64,000 bases of DNA from Spirochaetae bacterium HGW-Spirochaetae-3 (lineage in GTDB: Bacteria > Spirochaetota > Spirochaetia > Treponematales > UBA12059): assembly GCA_002839315.1 (NCBI GenBank), contig PGXV01000007.1, positions 65,934-129,933 on the forward strand, read 5' to 3'. Positions 19,397 through 28,546 of the stretch are shown here, piece after piece. A program made the translations under genes and the position numbers. The notes beneath the pieces were generated by a model. It ran no database searches and was not told where the DNA came from. It saw nothing but the letters and a program-made list of their open reading frames with translations. Numbering within the stretch: position 1 is the stretch's first letter; every line of letters starts with the position of its first letter.

Positions 19397-19426
19397 ACTA
19401 TACATCCCGCGCATATGGCTCTTCAA
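19397..19426 (-). promoter_or_regulatory. Promoter TTGAAG-N18-TATAGT, 10 nt upstream of the SulP ATG
   Basis: The minus strand reads cttgaag agccatatgcgcgggatg tatagt atttttcaca ATG. Confidence 0.45.
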
Positions 19427-19440
19427 GGGGAGCGGCGCGG

Positions 19441-19866
19441 TTACTTTTCTATTCCAAGCTCCCTGGCCGCCTCCGCCGCGGCCGCCGCTATCAGGACAGC
19501 CATCGGGACCTTCTCTACGCCGACGAGCGTGAAATGGGATTGCGCTACCGGTACCAGTATCAGCCGCCCGCGCGCGCCGAATACCGCGCCCGCTATGACC
19601 GGCGTTATCTCCCCCATCATGCTGTCGGGGACGACGATGCCCATCGGCCCGAGTACGACGTCGCCGAGCGGCGCCGATACGCGGATGGCGTTCTCTCCGC
19701 TGGCTCCCCGGTCGGCGCCCGCCTTGAGCATGCGCTCGGTAGCGCAGGAGTTCGCGCCGAGGGCTATGATCTCCGCCTCGCCGCCGATCAGTTCCCTGGT
19801 CCTGGAGACCAGTTGCGCGCCTATGCCGCCTCCCATGCCGTCCACGACGATGATCGTCTTCTTCAT
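19441..19866 (-). CDS. DUF3842-like small protein
   Basis: 141 aa. MKKTIIVVDGMGGGIGAQLV...IIALGANSCATERMLKAGADRGASGENAI...GPMGIVVPDSMMGEITP resembles the DUF3842 family as I remember it. Confidence 0.65.
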   Translation of the reverse strand: MKKTIIVVDGMGGGIGAQLVSRTRELIGGEAEIIALGANSCATERMLKAGADRGASGENAIRVSAPLGDVVLGPMGIVVPDSMMGEITPVIAGAVFGARGRLILVPVAQSHFTLVGVEKVPMAVLIAAAAAEAARELGIEK

Positions 19867-19970
19867 GCGGACGAGGTTAGCCGCGTCCCGAGGCCGGGGT
19901 CAAGCGGTGGAACGTAAAAAGGCCAGGACGCCCTTCCATTAGCGAGGAAGAGCCGTATAATTGGTAGCGT

Positions 19971-22292
19971 ATGAAAAGCCTCTTGAAGAAAGCCGGTGAG
20001 ATACGCGTCGCCGCCGGATCGGAACTCCGGGCCAACGGAGATTTTACGTTCGACGCGGCTTCGGGCATATCGGCCGAAGACCAGAAAGTCATTCTCCTCC
20101 ATATAGACCGCGTGTCTCGTTCCAGCCGCATACTGGCCGGGCCCGATACCTGGAAGGTAAAGCCCCGGAAGCGCGGTATCGCGCTGCCGCTTGTCGTCAA
20201 CCTCGCGGGGCTGCTTATACTCGCCGGCGGGCTGTACGGCATCACGCTGGTCTTCCGGACCAGCGGGGAGGCTACGGCCTCGGGCTCCGAGCTGTTGTCG
20301 TCCGCGGAGGGCCGATTACTACAGGAGATAAAGCGCGAAGCCGAGGGGCGGATACTGGAGAAGGACCGGGAGATCGCGACGATACAACAACGCATGGCCT
20401 CGCTCGACAAGGAGCGCGATCAGTTGCTCGCGAGCGTCGAGTCCCGCGTCAAGGCGAAGGAGGAGGAACTCCGGAGCCAGCTCCAGGTCGAACTCGAAAG
20501 AGAACGCGAGCGCCTCGTCGCCGAAGGGCTATCGGACGCCGTAATCCAGGAAAGGCTACGCGAATTCGAGAGGCGCAAGACCGAGGAGTTCAGGACCCAG
20601 CTGGACGTCTTCGCGAAGAAGGCCGAGGCGGATCGGGTGGCGCTCCAGGCCAATCTGGACAGGGCGCGCGACGAGTACCGCAAGGAGCTATCGGACCTGA
20701 CCGTGGAACGGCAGCGGATACAGGACGAATCGCGCTTGCGCGAGCAACAACTGAGGGTCCAGCTCGACGACAGGAACAAGGCCCTGGAAGCGGAGCGCGC
20801 CAAGACCGCCGACAGTCTTCGTAGCGCTCAGGCCGAGCTGGCTCGCTGGAACGAGGACTCGTCCCGGGCCAAGTCGGCCGAGGACCGGCTCGTAGGCCTG
20901 TATGCCGCCATTCGGCAGTCCTTGCGCGACGGCAGGCTGGACGACGCCCAGGCGACCCTCGCGTCGTTGCGTGCGTACCTCGCCGATCCCCAGGTCGCCG
21001 TCATAGCTGGCCTCCAGCCCAGGCGCGAGCTCGACCTGTTCGCCGTCGACCTCATAGAGCGGACCATCTCCCAGGAGCGGACCAAGTCGTCGGTAGACAC
21101 GACGCGCGTAACCGCGTCGATGGACGCCCTGGCCGTCGTCCGCGACGAGACCGGGAAGGCGCGCGCGGCGCTGGCCGCCGGAGACGCGGCCGGGGCTGGC
21201 GCGGCGTATCGGAGGGCGCTCTCGGCGACCCGTGAGCTCGAGGAGGCGGGCGCCTTTATCGAGGGTTCGTGGAAGGCGAGGCTGGCGGAGCAGGCGTCCG
21301 AGCTCGGTATAGACGAGGCCTCGGTCAAGGCCGCCCTGGGCGGCGTGGAAGCCTCCGCCGAGGACGGGGCGGCGCTCGAGACGGCCTTTTCGCGGCTCCT
21401 GTCCAACCTGCCGATCGGTCCCGGCGACGCGTCGCTCGTCTACGGCTACGTCAAGTCGGCCGGGGCGAGGGACGCGGAAGCCGCGAGGCGCTCGGCCGAT
21501 ACGACGGCGGCGACGGTTCCCCTGCGGCGCGCCGCGGCCGCCTACTCCGACGGTCGCCTGCTCGAGGCCATCCGCGGCTACTCGTCGGTGCTGTCGCGGT
21601 ATCCGTCCGCTAGTCAGTCGGCGCGCGCGGCCGAAGGCGTCAACCTGTCCGCGACCCGGCTAGCGACCGCCCTGGAGGATTCCGAGAAGCGGGCCGCGGC
21701 TCGCGTCGCCGAGCTGGAAACGAGCCTCGCCGCCGCCCGGCGGGACATCGCGGCCCTGAACGAGAAGGCGCCCGGCGCTTCCTCCGGCGCCGCCGCCGCC
21801 GGTACGCCGTCCGCTGCTCCCCCGGCCGCCGCGACGGCCGGCGGTACCGCTGACGGGGCGACCCGCGCCGAGATAAGCGCGCTGCAGGAGGAGAAGGCCA
21901 GGACCGAGGCGGCGCTCGCCGAGGCCACGGCCAGGTACGAGGCCGTGGCCTCGGCGTACCGCGCTTACTCGGCCGAGGAGGACGCTATACTCGGGCGGGG
22001 CGGCGACCTGGCCATCGTCGAGGCGCGCTCGAAGCTTGACGCGTTCCTGTCGAGCGCCGACGTGTCCGAGGCCATGCCCGGTATGCGCGACCGCATAGCC
22101 CGCTACCTGGAGTCGTTCCAGGCGGCCGGGCAGAGGGAAGTGCTCTTCAACGCGGCCGATATCGTCGACGGCGCCTCACGTATCCGCGACGCGGCGACGA
22201 GGGACCGCTACTTCCGCGACCTGGAAGGCCGATACGCAGGCAACGAGTCCATGCTGGAGTTCCTGGCTACCGTGAGGGCCGGCTTCAGGTAG
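19971..22292 (+). CDS. Membrane-anchored coiled-coil / Ala-rich repeat protein, function unknown
   Basis: 773 aa. It has one TM segment (ALPLVVNLAGLLILAGGLYGITLVF), then about 250 aa of heptad-like charged sequence (ELRSQLQVELERERERL...), and then an Ala-rich helical region. A TATAAT box lies 9 nt upstream of the ATG. Confidence 0.75.
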   Translation: MKSLLKKAGEIRVAAGSELRANGDFTFDAASGISAEDQKVILLHIDRVSRSSRILAGPDTWKVKPRKRGIALPLVVNLAGLLILAGGLYGITLVFRTSGEATASGSELLSSAEGRLLQEIKREAEGRILEKDREIATIQQRMASLDKERDQLLASVESRVKAKEEELRSQLQVELERERERLVAEGLSDAVIQERLREFERRKTEEFRTQLDVFAKKAEADRVALQANLDRARDEYRKELSDLTVERQRIQDESRLREQQLRVQLDDRNKALEAERAKTADSLRSAQAELARWNEDSSRAKSAEDRLVGLYAAIRQSLRDGRLDDAQATLASLRAYLADPQVAVIAGLQPRRELDLFAVDLIERTISQERTKSSVDTTRVTASMDALAVVRDETGKARAALAAGDAAGAGAAYRRALSATRELEEAGAFIEGSWKARLAEQASELGIDEASVKAALGGVEASAEDGAALETAFSRLLSNLPIGPGDASLVYGYVKSAGARDAEAARRSADTTAATVPLRRAAAAYSDGRLLEAIRGYSSVLSRYPSASQSARAAEGVNLSATRLATALEDSEKRAAARVAELETSLAAARRDIAALNEKAPGASSGAAAAGTPSAAPPAAATAGGTADGATRAEISALQEEKARTEAALAEATARYEAVASAYRAYSAEEDAILGRGGDLAIVEARSKLDAFLSSADVSEAMPGMRDRIARYLESFQAAGQREVLFNAADIVDGASRIRDAATRDRYFRDLEGRYAGNESMLEFLATVRAGFR

Positions 22293-22313
22293 GGGCGTGG
22301 CCGGGGCGCGCTA

Positions 22314-23354
22314 TCAGTCGGCCAGGTCCGCGAGGCTCGCCGTAGGTATCTCGTATATCTCTACCAGGAGCTCGCCGTCGTCGTCGTGGTTGCTGGTCCG
22401 GACGAAGACGCTGCGCGTGAATACGGCCTTCATCAAGAGCGCCGTCGCATCGTATCGCTCGTGCACGAAGCGTAACCGTCCGGCCGGGAACGAGAATAGG
22501 CGGTTTAGGTCGAGGCCGAGGACGCTGACGATGCCGTCCTTCTCCGCCAGCAGGCGCCCGTCGGACAGCGCGCCGATCAGGGGGCCGTAGTCCTCGGGGT
22601 ACCGGGTCGGCTGCAGGATCGTCGGGGCCGACCATCGATACGCTGCTCGGGAACCGTCCGCCAACCCGCAGGACAGATAGTAATATCCGCCCGCGGACAG
22701 GAATCTGCCTGGTGACGATACCGCTGGAGCGTTCGCGAAGAGCATGCTCGTCGTTCCCGATAAGTCAGGCGCTCCGGAGGACCATGATACCGTCGAGAAC
22801 TGCGGATCGCTGACGTTCGGGTACGTATAGCAGGTCAGCGCCGCCTGGTTGGCCCCTGTCAGCGCGACAGAGCCAATGCCGAACGGGCCCAGCGTCGTCG
22901 CCATCGTCGCGTCGGTAGGGGTCCATGTCGTCAGATCGAGGTATCGGCCGGTGCCAGAGTCCGTAACGATGAATGCCGCGGCGGTTCCGTCCGGCGCGGC
23001 CTGGACCAGGTACGCGTCGCCCAGGGAATTGCTTCGCTCGTCGTAGTAGTAGGTGCTTCCCGTATGGTAGGCCGCGTCGATGCTGACGTTCCTGAGCCCG
23101 AGCTTCGCTCCGATATCGAGCACGAGCAGGCCGGCGGTCGGGATATCGGTTAGCTGGGGCGCGAACCAGGCGTCCTCCATGCCGTAGCTGTTCACGCCGT
23201 AGACGGTAAAATATAGGACGGGGTCGCCCAGCTTCCCTATCGTCAGCTCGGACGCCGAGATGGACGGGTCGAAGGTCGGGTGCCAGCACGAGGCCGTTAA
23301 CGCCGTCGCGGCCGCGATCGCCGTCGCGGCCAAGATCCGAATGAGTCGCCTCAT
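22314..23354 (-). CDS. Hypothetical lipoprotein (gene 5 of the cyclase operon)
   Basis: Track ORF trimmed to ATG 23354, which overlaps the upstream stop (ATGA). MRRLIRILAATAIAAATALTASC is a signal peptide plus lipobox. The Gly/Ser/Thr/Tyr-rich composition looks beta-rich. It shares an (A/I)(A/R)YRW(S/G) motif and overall character with 24574-25581. Confidence 0.7.
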   Translation of the reverse strand: MRRLIRILAATAIAAATALTASCWHPTFDPSISASELTIGKLGDPVLYFTVYGVNSYGMEDAWFAPQLTDIPTAGLLVLDIGAKLGLRNVSIDAAYHTGSTYYYDERSNSLGDAYLVQAAPDGTAAAFIVTDSGTGRYLDLTTWTPTDATMATTLGPFGIGSVALTGANQAALTCYTYPNVSDPQFSTVSWSSGAPDLSGTTSMLFANAPAVSSPGRFLSAGGYYYLSCGLADGSRAAYRWSAPTILQPTRYPEDYGPLIGALSDGRLLAEKDGIVSVLGLDLNRLFSFPAGRLRFVHERYDATALLMKAVFTRSVFVRTSNHDDDGELLVEIYEIPTASLADLAD

Positions 23355-24577
23355 AGCGTTAACCTCGCGCCGAAGCGCAGGATCGGCGCCTCGAGGAACC
23401 ATCCGTCGCCGAAGGCGGTGCCCACGGGGCCGCTCCTGTCAGTGCCCGCGCTGGCCGCCATCAGGAAACCGTCGCAGAACGGGTAGAACGCGGCGCCCAG
23501 CTCCAGGAACACGGCGACCCGCGGCGTCACGCCCCATTCGGCGCCGAGCATCCCGCTCGTGCCGATCGGCGCCACGGGATCGAACCTGAGCGGCGCCCAT
23601 GACGCGACGAGGACGCGCGCGAAGAACGTTCCGGTAGCGTACGGCCTTACGTACGCGTCGGGAGCGAGGAAGTATCCGCCGAAGCCTATCCCGGGCTGCA
23701 CGAGGGGCAGGGAGATGATGGCCGACGGCGTCTCGACTCCGTATTCCTCGCCGACGAGGTAGAGCCCCGCGAGGAACTGCGTCAGTCCGAAGCGGACGTA
23801 CAGGTAATCCTCCGCGAAGCGCCACGCGCCCCAGACGTCGAGGAATTGCGTCATATACAGCCCCGCCTCGACGGTCCAACGGCGTAGCGGCGAGCGCGGG
23901 ATGGTCAGCGACACGCCCTGCTCGAGCGCGCCGAAGTAGCCGCGTTCCGGGTAGGCGCCCTTCGACGTGGCGCGCCAGGGGTAGGTGCCGGGCACGCGTA
24001 GGGGAACCTCGAGGAAGCCTTCCTCGGGTATGACCAGGTCTGTCTCGCCCAGGCCGCCGCGGTCCTTCCCCGCCTGTCCCGTGATACGGGTGCCCGGGGC
24101 GCCTTCGATGCGGACGAGGGTCTTCTTTACCCTCGGCAGAGCCGCCTCGGCGGCGTCGGCCACCGCTATCCACCAGAATTCCGCGAGGTCGCGTTCCGTC
24201 GGCTCCGGGCCCTCGACGACGCCGGACGAGAGCGTCTCCCCGGTCAGCGGGTCGAGCACGCGCCAGGACGAGCGCGCGTCTCCGGACGGCAGGGTCTCGC
24301 TCGTCGCCTCGATAGCCAGCGCGCAGGACGCCTTGGAAGCGGCCTCGACGATGTCGACGCCGTCCGGAGCGAGGAGTATCGCGTCAAGCGACGCTGTCCG
24401 CGCTAATGCGGCGGCGAACGACGACTGGTCGGCCGCCTTGCCCGTGCCGCCTGAGCGCGCCATCGCGCGTATACCTTCGTCGTCGGCGCGCGCGGTCCCC
24501 GGAGCGGCCGCCGCGAGCGACGCTACGATGCAGAAGGCAATGGGTAATGTCGGGAAGCGCGCTCTGCGTACCGTCAT
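23351..24577 (-). CDS. Hypothetical secreted protein, PEGA-like middle region + beta-barrel-like C-terminus (gene 4)
   Basis: Trimmed to ATG 24577 (ATGA overlap). It has a signal peptide (PIAFCIVASLAAAAPGTARA). The C-terminal ~200 aa are rich in alternating aromatic and Gly residues (GLYMTQFLDVWGAWRFAEDYLYVRFG...GAEWGV...FLELGAAF). The architecture parallels 25578-26882. Confidence 0.7.
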   Translation of the reverse strand: MTVRRARFPTLPIAFCIVASLAAAAPGTARADDEGIRAMARSGGTGKAADQSSFAAALARTASLDAILLAPDGVDIVEAASKASCALAIEATSETLPSGDARSSWRVLDPLTGETLSSGVVEGPEPTERDLAEFWWIAVADAAEAALPRVKKTLVRIEGAPGTRITGQAGKDRGGLGETDLVIPEEGFLEVPLRVPGTYPWRATSKGAYPERGYFGALEQGVSLTIPRSPLRRWTVEAGLYMTQFLDVWGAWRFAEDYLYVRFGLTQFLAGLYLVGEEYGVETPSAIISLPLVQPGIGFGGYFLAPDAYVRPYATGTFFARVLVASWAPLRFDPVAPIGTSGMLGAEWGVTPRVAVFLELGAAFYPFCDGFLMAASAGTDRSGPVGTAFGDGWFLEAPILRFGARLTL

Positions 24578-25581
24578 TCCCACCACGTCCTCAGCTTGTA
24601 CATCCGCCCGCTTAAGCGGTCGAATACGAACCACCAGGTACCGCTCGGGTCGAACGACAGTATGCGAATATCGTCGTCCTCGAAGAGCAGCGAGTCCAGT
24701 TCCTCGGCCCCGGCTCCCGTCGCGAAGTCTCCGGTGCCCCATCTGTATCGGATGAGCCTGTTCCTGCCGTTGTCTCCCCGGTAATACGCGACCGGGCCGC
24801 CCTCGGTCAGCCACGCCATCTGGTCGGCGACGGGGAAGGGCCCGGTCCGGGTAGCGGACGCCGAGTCGAAAACGGTGTCCGCCGTCGTGAAGAGCAGGGC
24901 CGTGGCGAACGACGCAGCGTAGCCGTAGCCTGAATACTGAAGCTGCGCGAGCACGCTATAGCCGTTGGCGTAGTCGGCGTCGAGTAAGTTGTACATCGAT
25001 GCCGAGCCGTCGTAATCGCGGATGGCGCTACCGCCAGGGCTCCATGCGGCGTCGTATTCCTCGAAACTAGCCTGTTGCGAAGAATTTTGGTCGATGGCGT
25101 AGGTAGAACCAGAGCCCGGGTCCCCGACTCGGAAGGCGCGTACGTTCGACGAGTCGTTCCAGACGATGGGAGTGCCGGTTGAATTATCGATCGGGTCAAT
25201 TATAGCTCCGCCGCATAGGAATCCGCCGGCCGTGTTGCCGAGGGCCCGCCTAAAACCTGCGTCGGTCAACGCGACCTCCCCGCCAAGCCCGCCGGCGTTG
25301 AACAAGAGAAGCCGGGACGCCGAATTACCCGAGGCGAATACCAGCGCCTTCGAGTAGTCCGTTCCACCGGTGACGAACGGCGCGTACTCGAGGTTCTCGA
25401 TCGAAGGGTCGTCCCCCAGGCCGTTAGCCTCCGCTATGGATCGGAAGTCGACGCTCGCCTCGACGTACGACAGCCAGCGGGGGAAGGCGTCGTCGGTGAG
25501 GAACGCGCAGGTCGACGACAGCGCCGCGGAGAGGAGCAGTATCGTCGCGCGGAAGGCGCGGGGCGCGAAAGACGGTTTCAT
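24574..25581 (-). CDS. Hypothetical lipoprotein (gene 3)
   Basis: Trimmed to ATG 25581 (ATGA overlap); ATG 25587 is an alternative. MKPSFAPRAFRATILLLSAALSSTC is a signal peptide plus lipobox. The composition looks beta-rich and the protein ends in WWFVFDRLSGRMYKLRTWWE. Confidence 0.7.
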   Translation of the reverse strand: MKPSFAPRAFRATILLLSAALSSTCAFLTDDAFPRWLSYVEASVDFRSIAEANGLGDDPSIENLEYAPFVTGGTDYSKALVFASGNSASRLLLFNAGGLGGEVALTDAGFRRALGNTAGGFLCGGAIIDPIDNSTGTPIVWNDSSNVRAFRVGDPGSGSTYAIDQNSSQQASFEEYDAAWSPGGSAIRDYDGSASMYNLLDADYANGYSVLAQLQYSGYGYAASFATALLFTTADTVFDSASATRTGPFPVADQMAWLTEGGPVAYYRGDNGRNRLIRYRWGTGDFATGAGAEELDSLLFEDDDIRILSFDPSGTWWFVFDRLSGRMYKLRTWWE

Positions 25582-26882
25582 GGCCATTTCAGCATCACCC
25601 CGGCCGCGAAGGTCATAGGCCCCGTCGCGGTCTCCCACCAGCCGCGCCTCAGGAGGCCGGAGCCCAAGCCGAACGAGTACGACAGGCGCTGTTCCAGGAA
25701 CGCGGCCCAGGTCGGCTCGTGCCACTCGAACGAAAGGCACGCCGCGTCCAGTGAAAGGTCGAAATAGAACTTACGCTCCAGGTCGGACGGGAACAGGATC
25801 GTCGCTATCCCCGACAGGCCGGCGCCCGCGGCGAAGCGGAATTTGGAATGGGGCGGCAGGAAAAGGTACGCTCCGGCGCCAATGCGCAGCTCGTCGTGCA
25901 GTACCGGCACCGAGCCCGTGGTAAAGGCCGACTGGAGCCATAGCGAGTCGCCCGCCCGGAGGAACACGGAGTCGGGCATCAGGTGGTAGCGGTAGTCCGC
26001 CGATACCCCGAAGAGCCGGGAGGTAGTCAGGCCGGCCGATAGCGCGTGGCGCGTCCTGGGCATAAGCGCGGGCAAGGGTATAGGCGCGTCCGCTTCCGCC
26101 GGCCGGAACACGGCCGTCCTGGGCCAGTACCCGTCCCTGGCCATAGAGACGACGACGGGATCCCCGGCGCGGAACGCCACGAACGGCGCGACGAGGCCAC
26201 CGTCGGCGACGACGCCGGCCGGCCTGGCGTCGTTGCCGGTGCCGAAGGCGACGGTCGCGCCGTCGTCGTCGGAAAGGAACCTGAGACGGTACTCGATGGG
26301 CGGCCCCGGCGCGACGCGGTTCCGGAGCGCCCCGGCCTCCTTCGCGACCCCGGCGGCGCTCTCGTCGATCAGCGTGAAAGCCGACAGGCCCGCGAAAGCG
26401 CCCTGGGTATCGGCCGCGACCATCGCGCCGTCTATGAAGTCGAATACGGATATACGCCAGATGGCCCTTTTACGCTCTATCGAGCAGGCTACTATCGCTA
26501 CCCACCTGGCGCCCGAGTCGCCGTGGACGGCGGCCGCCAGGTTCGCGTCCCCGGCCGCGCCGCCCTCCGTGGCGGGCCCGGCGTACGGCTCGGGCGCGCG
26601 GAACCCGGCCGAGGCGAGTTCCCGCACGAGCGCTACCGACAGGGCGTCGGCGAACGTCGCCGCTTCGTCGACGGAACCGACGACGGCGACCGTTATAGCG
26701 TCCCGCATTACCGATCGTCGTGCGGGAATAGCCGTCGTCGCGGGAGTCGCCGGCGCCGTAGCGCCTTCCGCCGTTTCCTGCGAGAACGCCGGCCACGCCG
26801 CCATGGCCGCGGTCACGGCTATCGCCGCCAGAGCGCGAAGCGAGGCGGTTGATAGAACCCGGAGCGCTACGTTCGGCCTCAT
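25578..26882 (-). CDS. Hypothetical secreted protein, PEGA-like middle region + beta-barrel-like C-terminus (gene 2)
   Basis: Trimmed to ATG 26882 (ATGA overlap with the cyclase stop). It has a signal peptide (LAAIAVTAAMAAWPAFS), and its C-terminal part has alternating hydrophobic and aromatic strands (FGVSADYRYHL...LRIGAGAYLFL...RFAAGAGLSG...). Confidence 0.7.
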   Translation of the reverse strand: MRPNVALRVLSTASLRALAAIAVTAAMAAWPAFSQETAEGATAPATPATTAIPARRSVMRDAITVAVVGSVDEAATFADALSVALVRELASAGFRAPEPYAGPATEGGAAGDANLAAAVHGDSGARWVAIVACSIERKRAIWRISVFDFIDGAMVAADTQGAFAGLSAFTLIDESAAGVAKEAGALRNRVAPGPPIEYRLRFLSDDDGATVAFGTGNDARPAGVVADGGLVAPFVAFRAGDPVVVSMARDGYWPRTAVFRPAEADAPIPLPALMPRTRHALSAGLTTSRLFGVSADYRYHLMPDSVFLRAGDSLWLQSAFTTGSVPVLHDELRIGAGAYLFLPPHSKFRFAAGAGLSGIATILFPSDLERKFYFDLSLDAACLSFEWHEPTWAAFLEQRLSYSFGLGSGLLRRGWWETATGPMTFAAGVMLKWP

Positions 26883-28543
26883 TTCTCGTGCAGGACCTCG
26901 ACCCCGTCCCAGTCCGCCGGAGGCGGATCGGCCGCGTAGCGGTCGCAGCGCTCCGACATCATCGTCGACGCGTAGTCGTCCGGCCCGAGCTCGTCGGTGA
27001 CCGAGCGGAACATGATCGACGCCTCGCGGAAGCGCCTGGCGCCGTACATCGCCATCGCCTCGTCGTGGACCGCCCAGGCCTTGGCCTCGAGCTCGGAAAT
27101 CGCGCGCCTGGCGGTGTATATGCGGACGCCCTTGGTCTTGCCCTTGACCGCCACCGTGTCGAGGAGCCTGCACGGGAATTCCCCCCGCACCTTCTCATAG
27201 AGGAATTCGGAGAATACCAGCGGCTGCCTGTACGGTTTCGTCAGGCCTTCCAGCCTGGACGCGAGGTTGACCATGTCGCCTATCACCGTATAGTCCATCT
27301 TCTTGTCGCAGCCTATGTTACCGACGGTGACGATGCCGTAGTTGATGCCTATGCCTATCTTGAACTCCGGCTTGCCCGCCGCTACCTGATTGCGGTTGAA
27401 CGTGTCGAGCGCCTCGGTCATCTCGAGCGCCGCGAGCACCGACGAGACCGCGTCGTCGTCGTGCTTCACGGGAGCGCCGAAGAACGCCATGATAGCGTCG
27501 CCTATGTACTTGTCGATGACGCCGTGGCGCTCCATGAGGATGTCGACCATCGTCGAGAAGTAGCGGTTGAGCGAGTTGACGAGGTCGTCCGGCCGCATAG
27601 CCTCGGAGATCGTCGTGAACGACCTGATATCCGAGAATAATACGGCCAGCTCCCTGTTCTCTCCGACGAGCATCGCCTCCGGGTTCTTGAAGAACCGGTC
27701 GATCAGCTCCTGCGGCACGAACTTCTGGAAGATATGGCGTATCTTCTCTTCCTTCTTCTGGGCCAGCACCGCCTCGAAGGCGTACTTCTTTATCTGGTCG
27801 TAGGCCTTCTGGAGCTCGTCGAGCATGATGTTGAAGGTATGGGACAGCGTGCCTATCTCGTCGGCGAACTCCACGGGCACGCGCTCCGACATGTCGCCGG
27901 AATCGATGATGCGCCGCATCGCGACCACCATGGTCGACAGCGGGCCGGTCATGTACCTGACGAAGAGCAACACGAGCAGCGTGGCGATGACGATGGACGC
28001 CGCCAGTATCGCGAGCGTGCCGCGGGTAATCGCGTCGACGTCGCCGAAGAACGCGCTGCGTTCCTCGGTCACGATCGCGTACCAGCCGAAGGGCCCGAAC
28101 GGGAAGCCGGACGCCGCTCGCTCCACGCCTCCTAGCCGTATCGACTGGAATCCACGCGCCCCCGCCTCGAACAGCCCGGCGAGGGCCTCGGACTCCTCCG
28201 GGAGCGCGTCGACGGCGGCCGTCCGCATTACGATGGTCCCGTCACGCCTTATAGCGACTATCGTCTCGGTGGAGCTCCTGACGATGCTACGGGCGAACGA
28301 CTCCACGCCGGCTTGAGCCGCCGCGACCATGTCCGGGCGATCCGCGACGTCGTTCTCCACGAGGAGGTTCCATTGCCCTTCGGCGTACTTCTCGAGCTCC
28401 GACGCCTTGAAGTCCAGGAATTCGGTGGCTATCCGCGTTACTGCGCCCGTAGCGGCCACCTGGCTGGACATGCCGGCCAGGACGACCGCGACGACGAGGA
28501 TGGGTAGGACGACGAGTACTATCTTCAGGCGTATGCTCACCAC
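26879..28543 (-). CDS. Membrane sensor adenylate/guanylate cyclase (2 TM + periplasmic Cache-like domain + HAMP + class III cyclase + TPR-like tail)
   Basis: 554 aa. The two TM segments are LPILVVAVVLAGM and LAILAASIVIATLLVLLFV. It also shows a HAMP-like segment, LAVLFSDIRSFTTISE, KYIGDAIMAFFGAP and DYTVIGDMVNLASRLEG. The GTG start lies just after a TATAGT box. Confidence 0.9.
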   Translation of the reverse strand: MVSIRLKIVLVVLPILVVAVVLAGMSSQVAATGAVTRIATEFLDFKASELEKYAEGQWNLLVENDVADRPDMVAAAQAGVESFARSIVRSSTETIVAIRRDGTIVMRTAAVDALPEESEALAGLFEAGARGFQSIRLGGVERAASGFPFGPFGWYAIVTEERSAFFGDVDAITRGTLAILAASIVIATLLVLLFVRYMTGPLSTMVVAMRRIIDSGDMSERVPVEFADEIGTLSHTFNIMLDELQKAYDQIKKYAFEAVLAQKKEEKIRHIFQKFVPQELIDRFFKNPEAMLVGENRELAVLFSDIRSFTTISEAMRPDDLVNSLNRYFSTMVDILMERHGVIDKYIGDAIMAFFGAPVKHDDDAVSSVLAALEMTEALDTFNRNQVAAGKPEFKIGIGINYGIVTVGNIGCDKKMDYTVIGDMVNLASRLEGLTKPYRQPLVFSEFLYEKVRGEFPCRLLDTVAVKGKTKGVRIYTARRAISELEAKAWAVHDEAMAMYGARRFREASIMFRSVTDELGPDDYASTMMSERCDRYAADPPPADWDGVEVLHEK

Positions 28544-28546
28544 TTA

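Noticed and set aside
21760-21870. GCC/GCG-rich low-complexity nucleotide stretch that looks repeat-like.
   Set aside because: It lies in frame within the coiled-coil/Ala-rich protein and encodes poly-Ala/Pro/Gly linker sequence. It has no regular repeat unit or spacer structure.
23351-27173. N-terminal extensions of track ORFs: 23351-24814, 24574-25740, 25578-27173, 22314-23402, 53806-55644, 49734-51131, 51020-52135, 3071-4204, 4149-5255 and 37753-39639.
   Set aside because: The extensions overlap the preceding gene and are Arg/Gly-rich. They also precede an internal ATG that starts a signal peptide, lipobox or conserved N-terminus, and that has an RBS or an ATGA overlap. I therefore used the internal starts.
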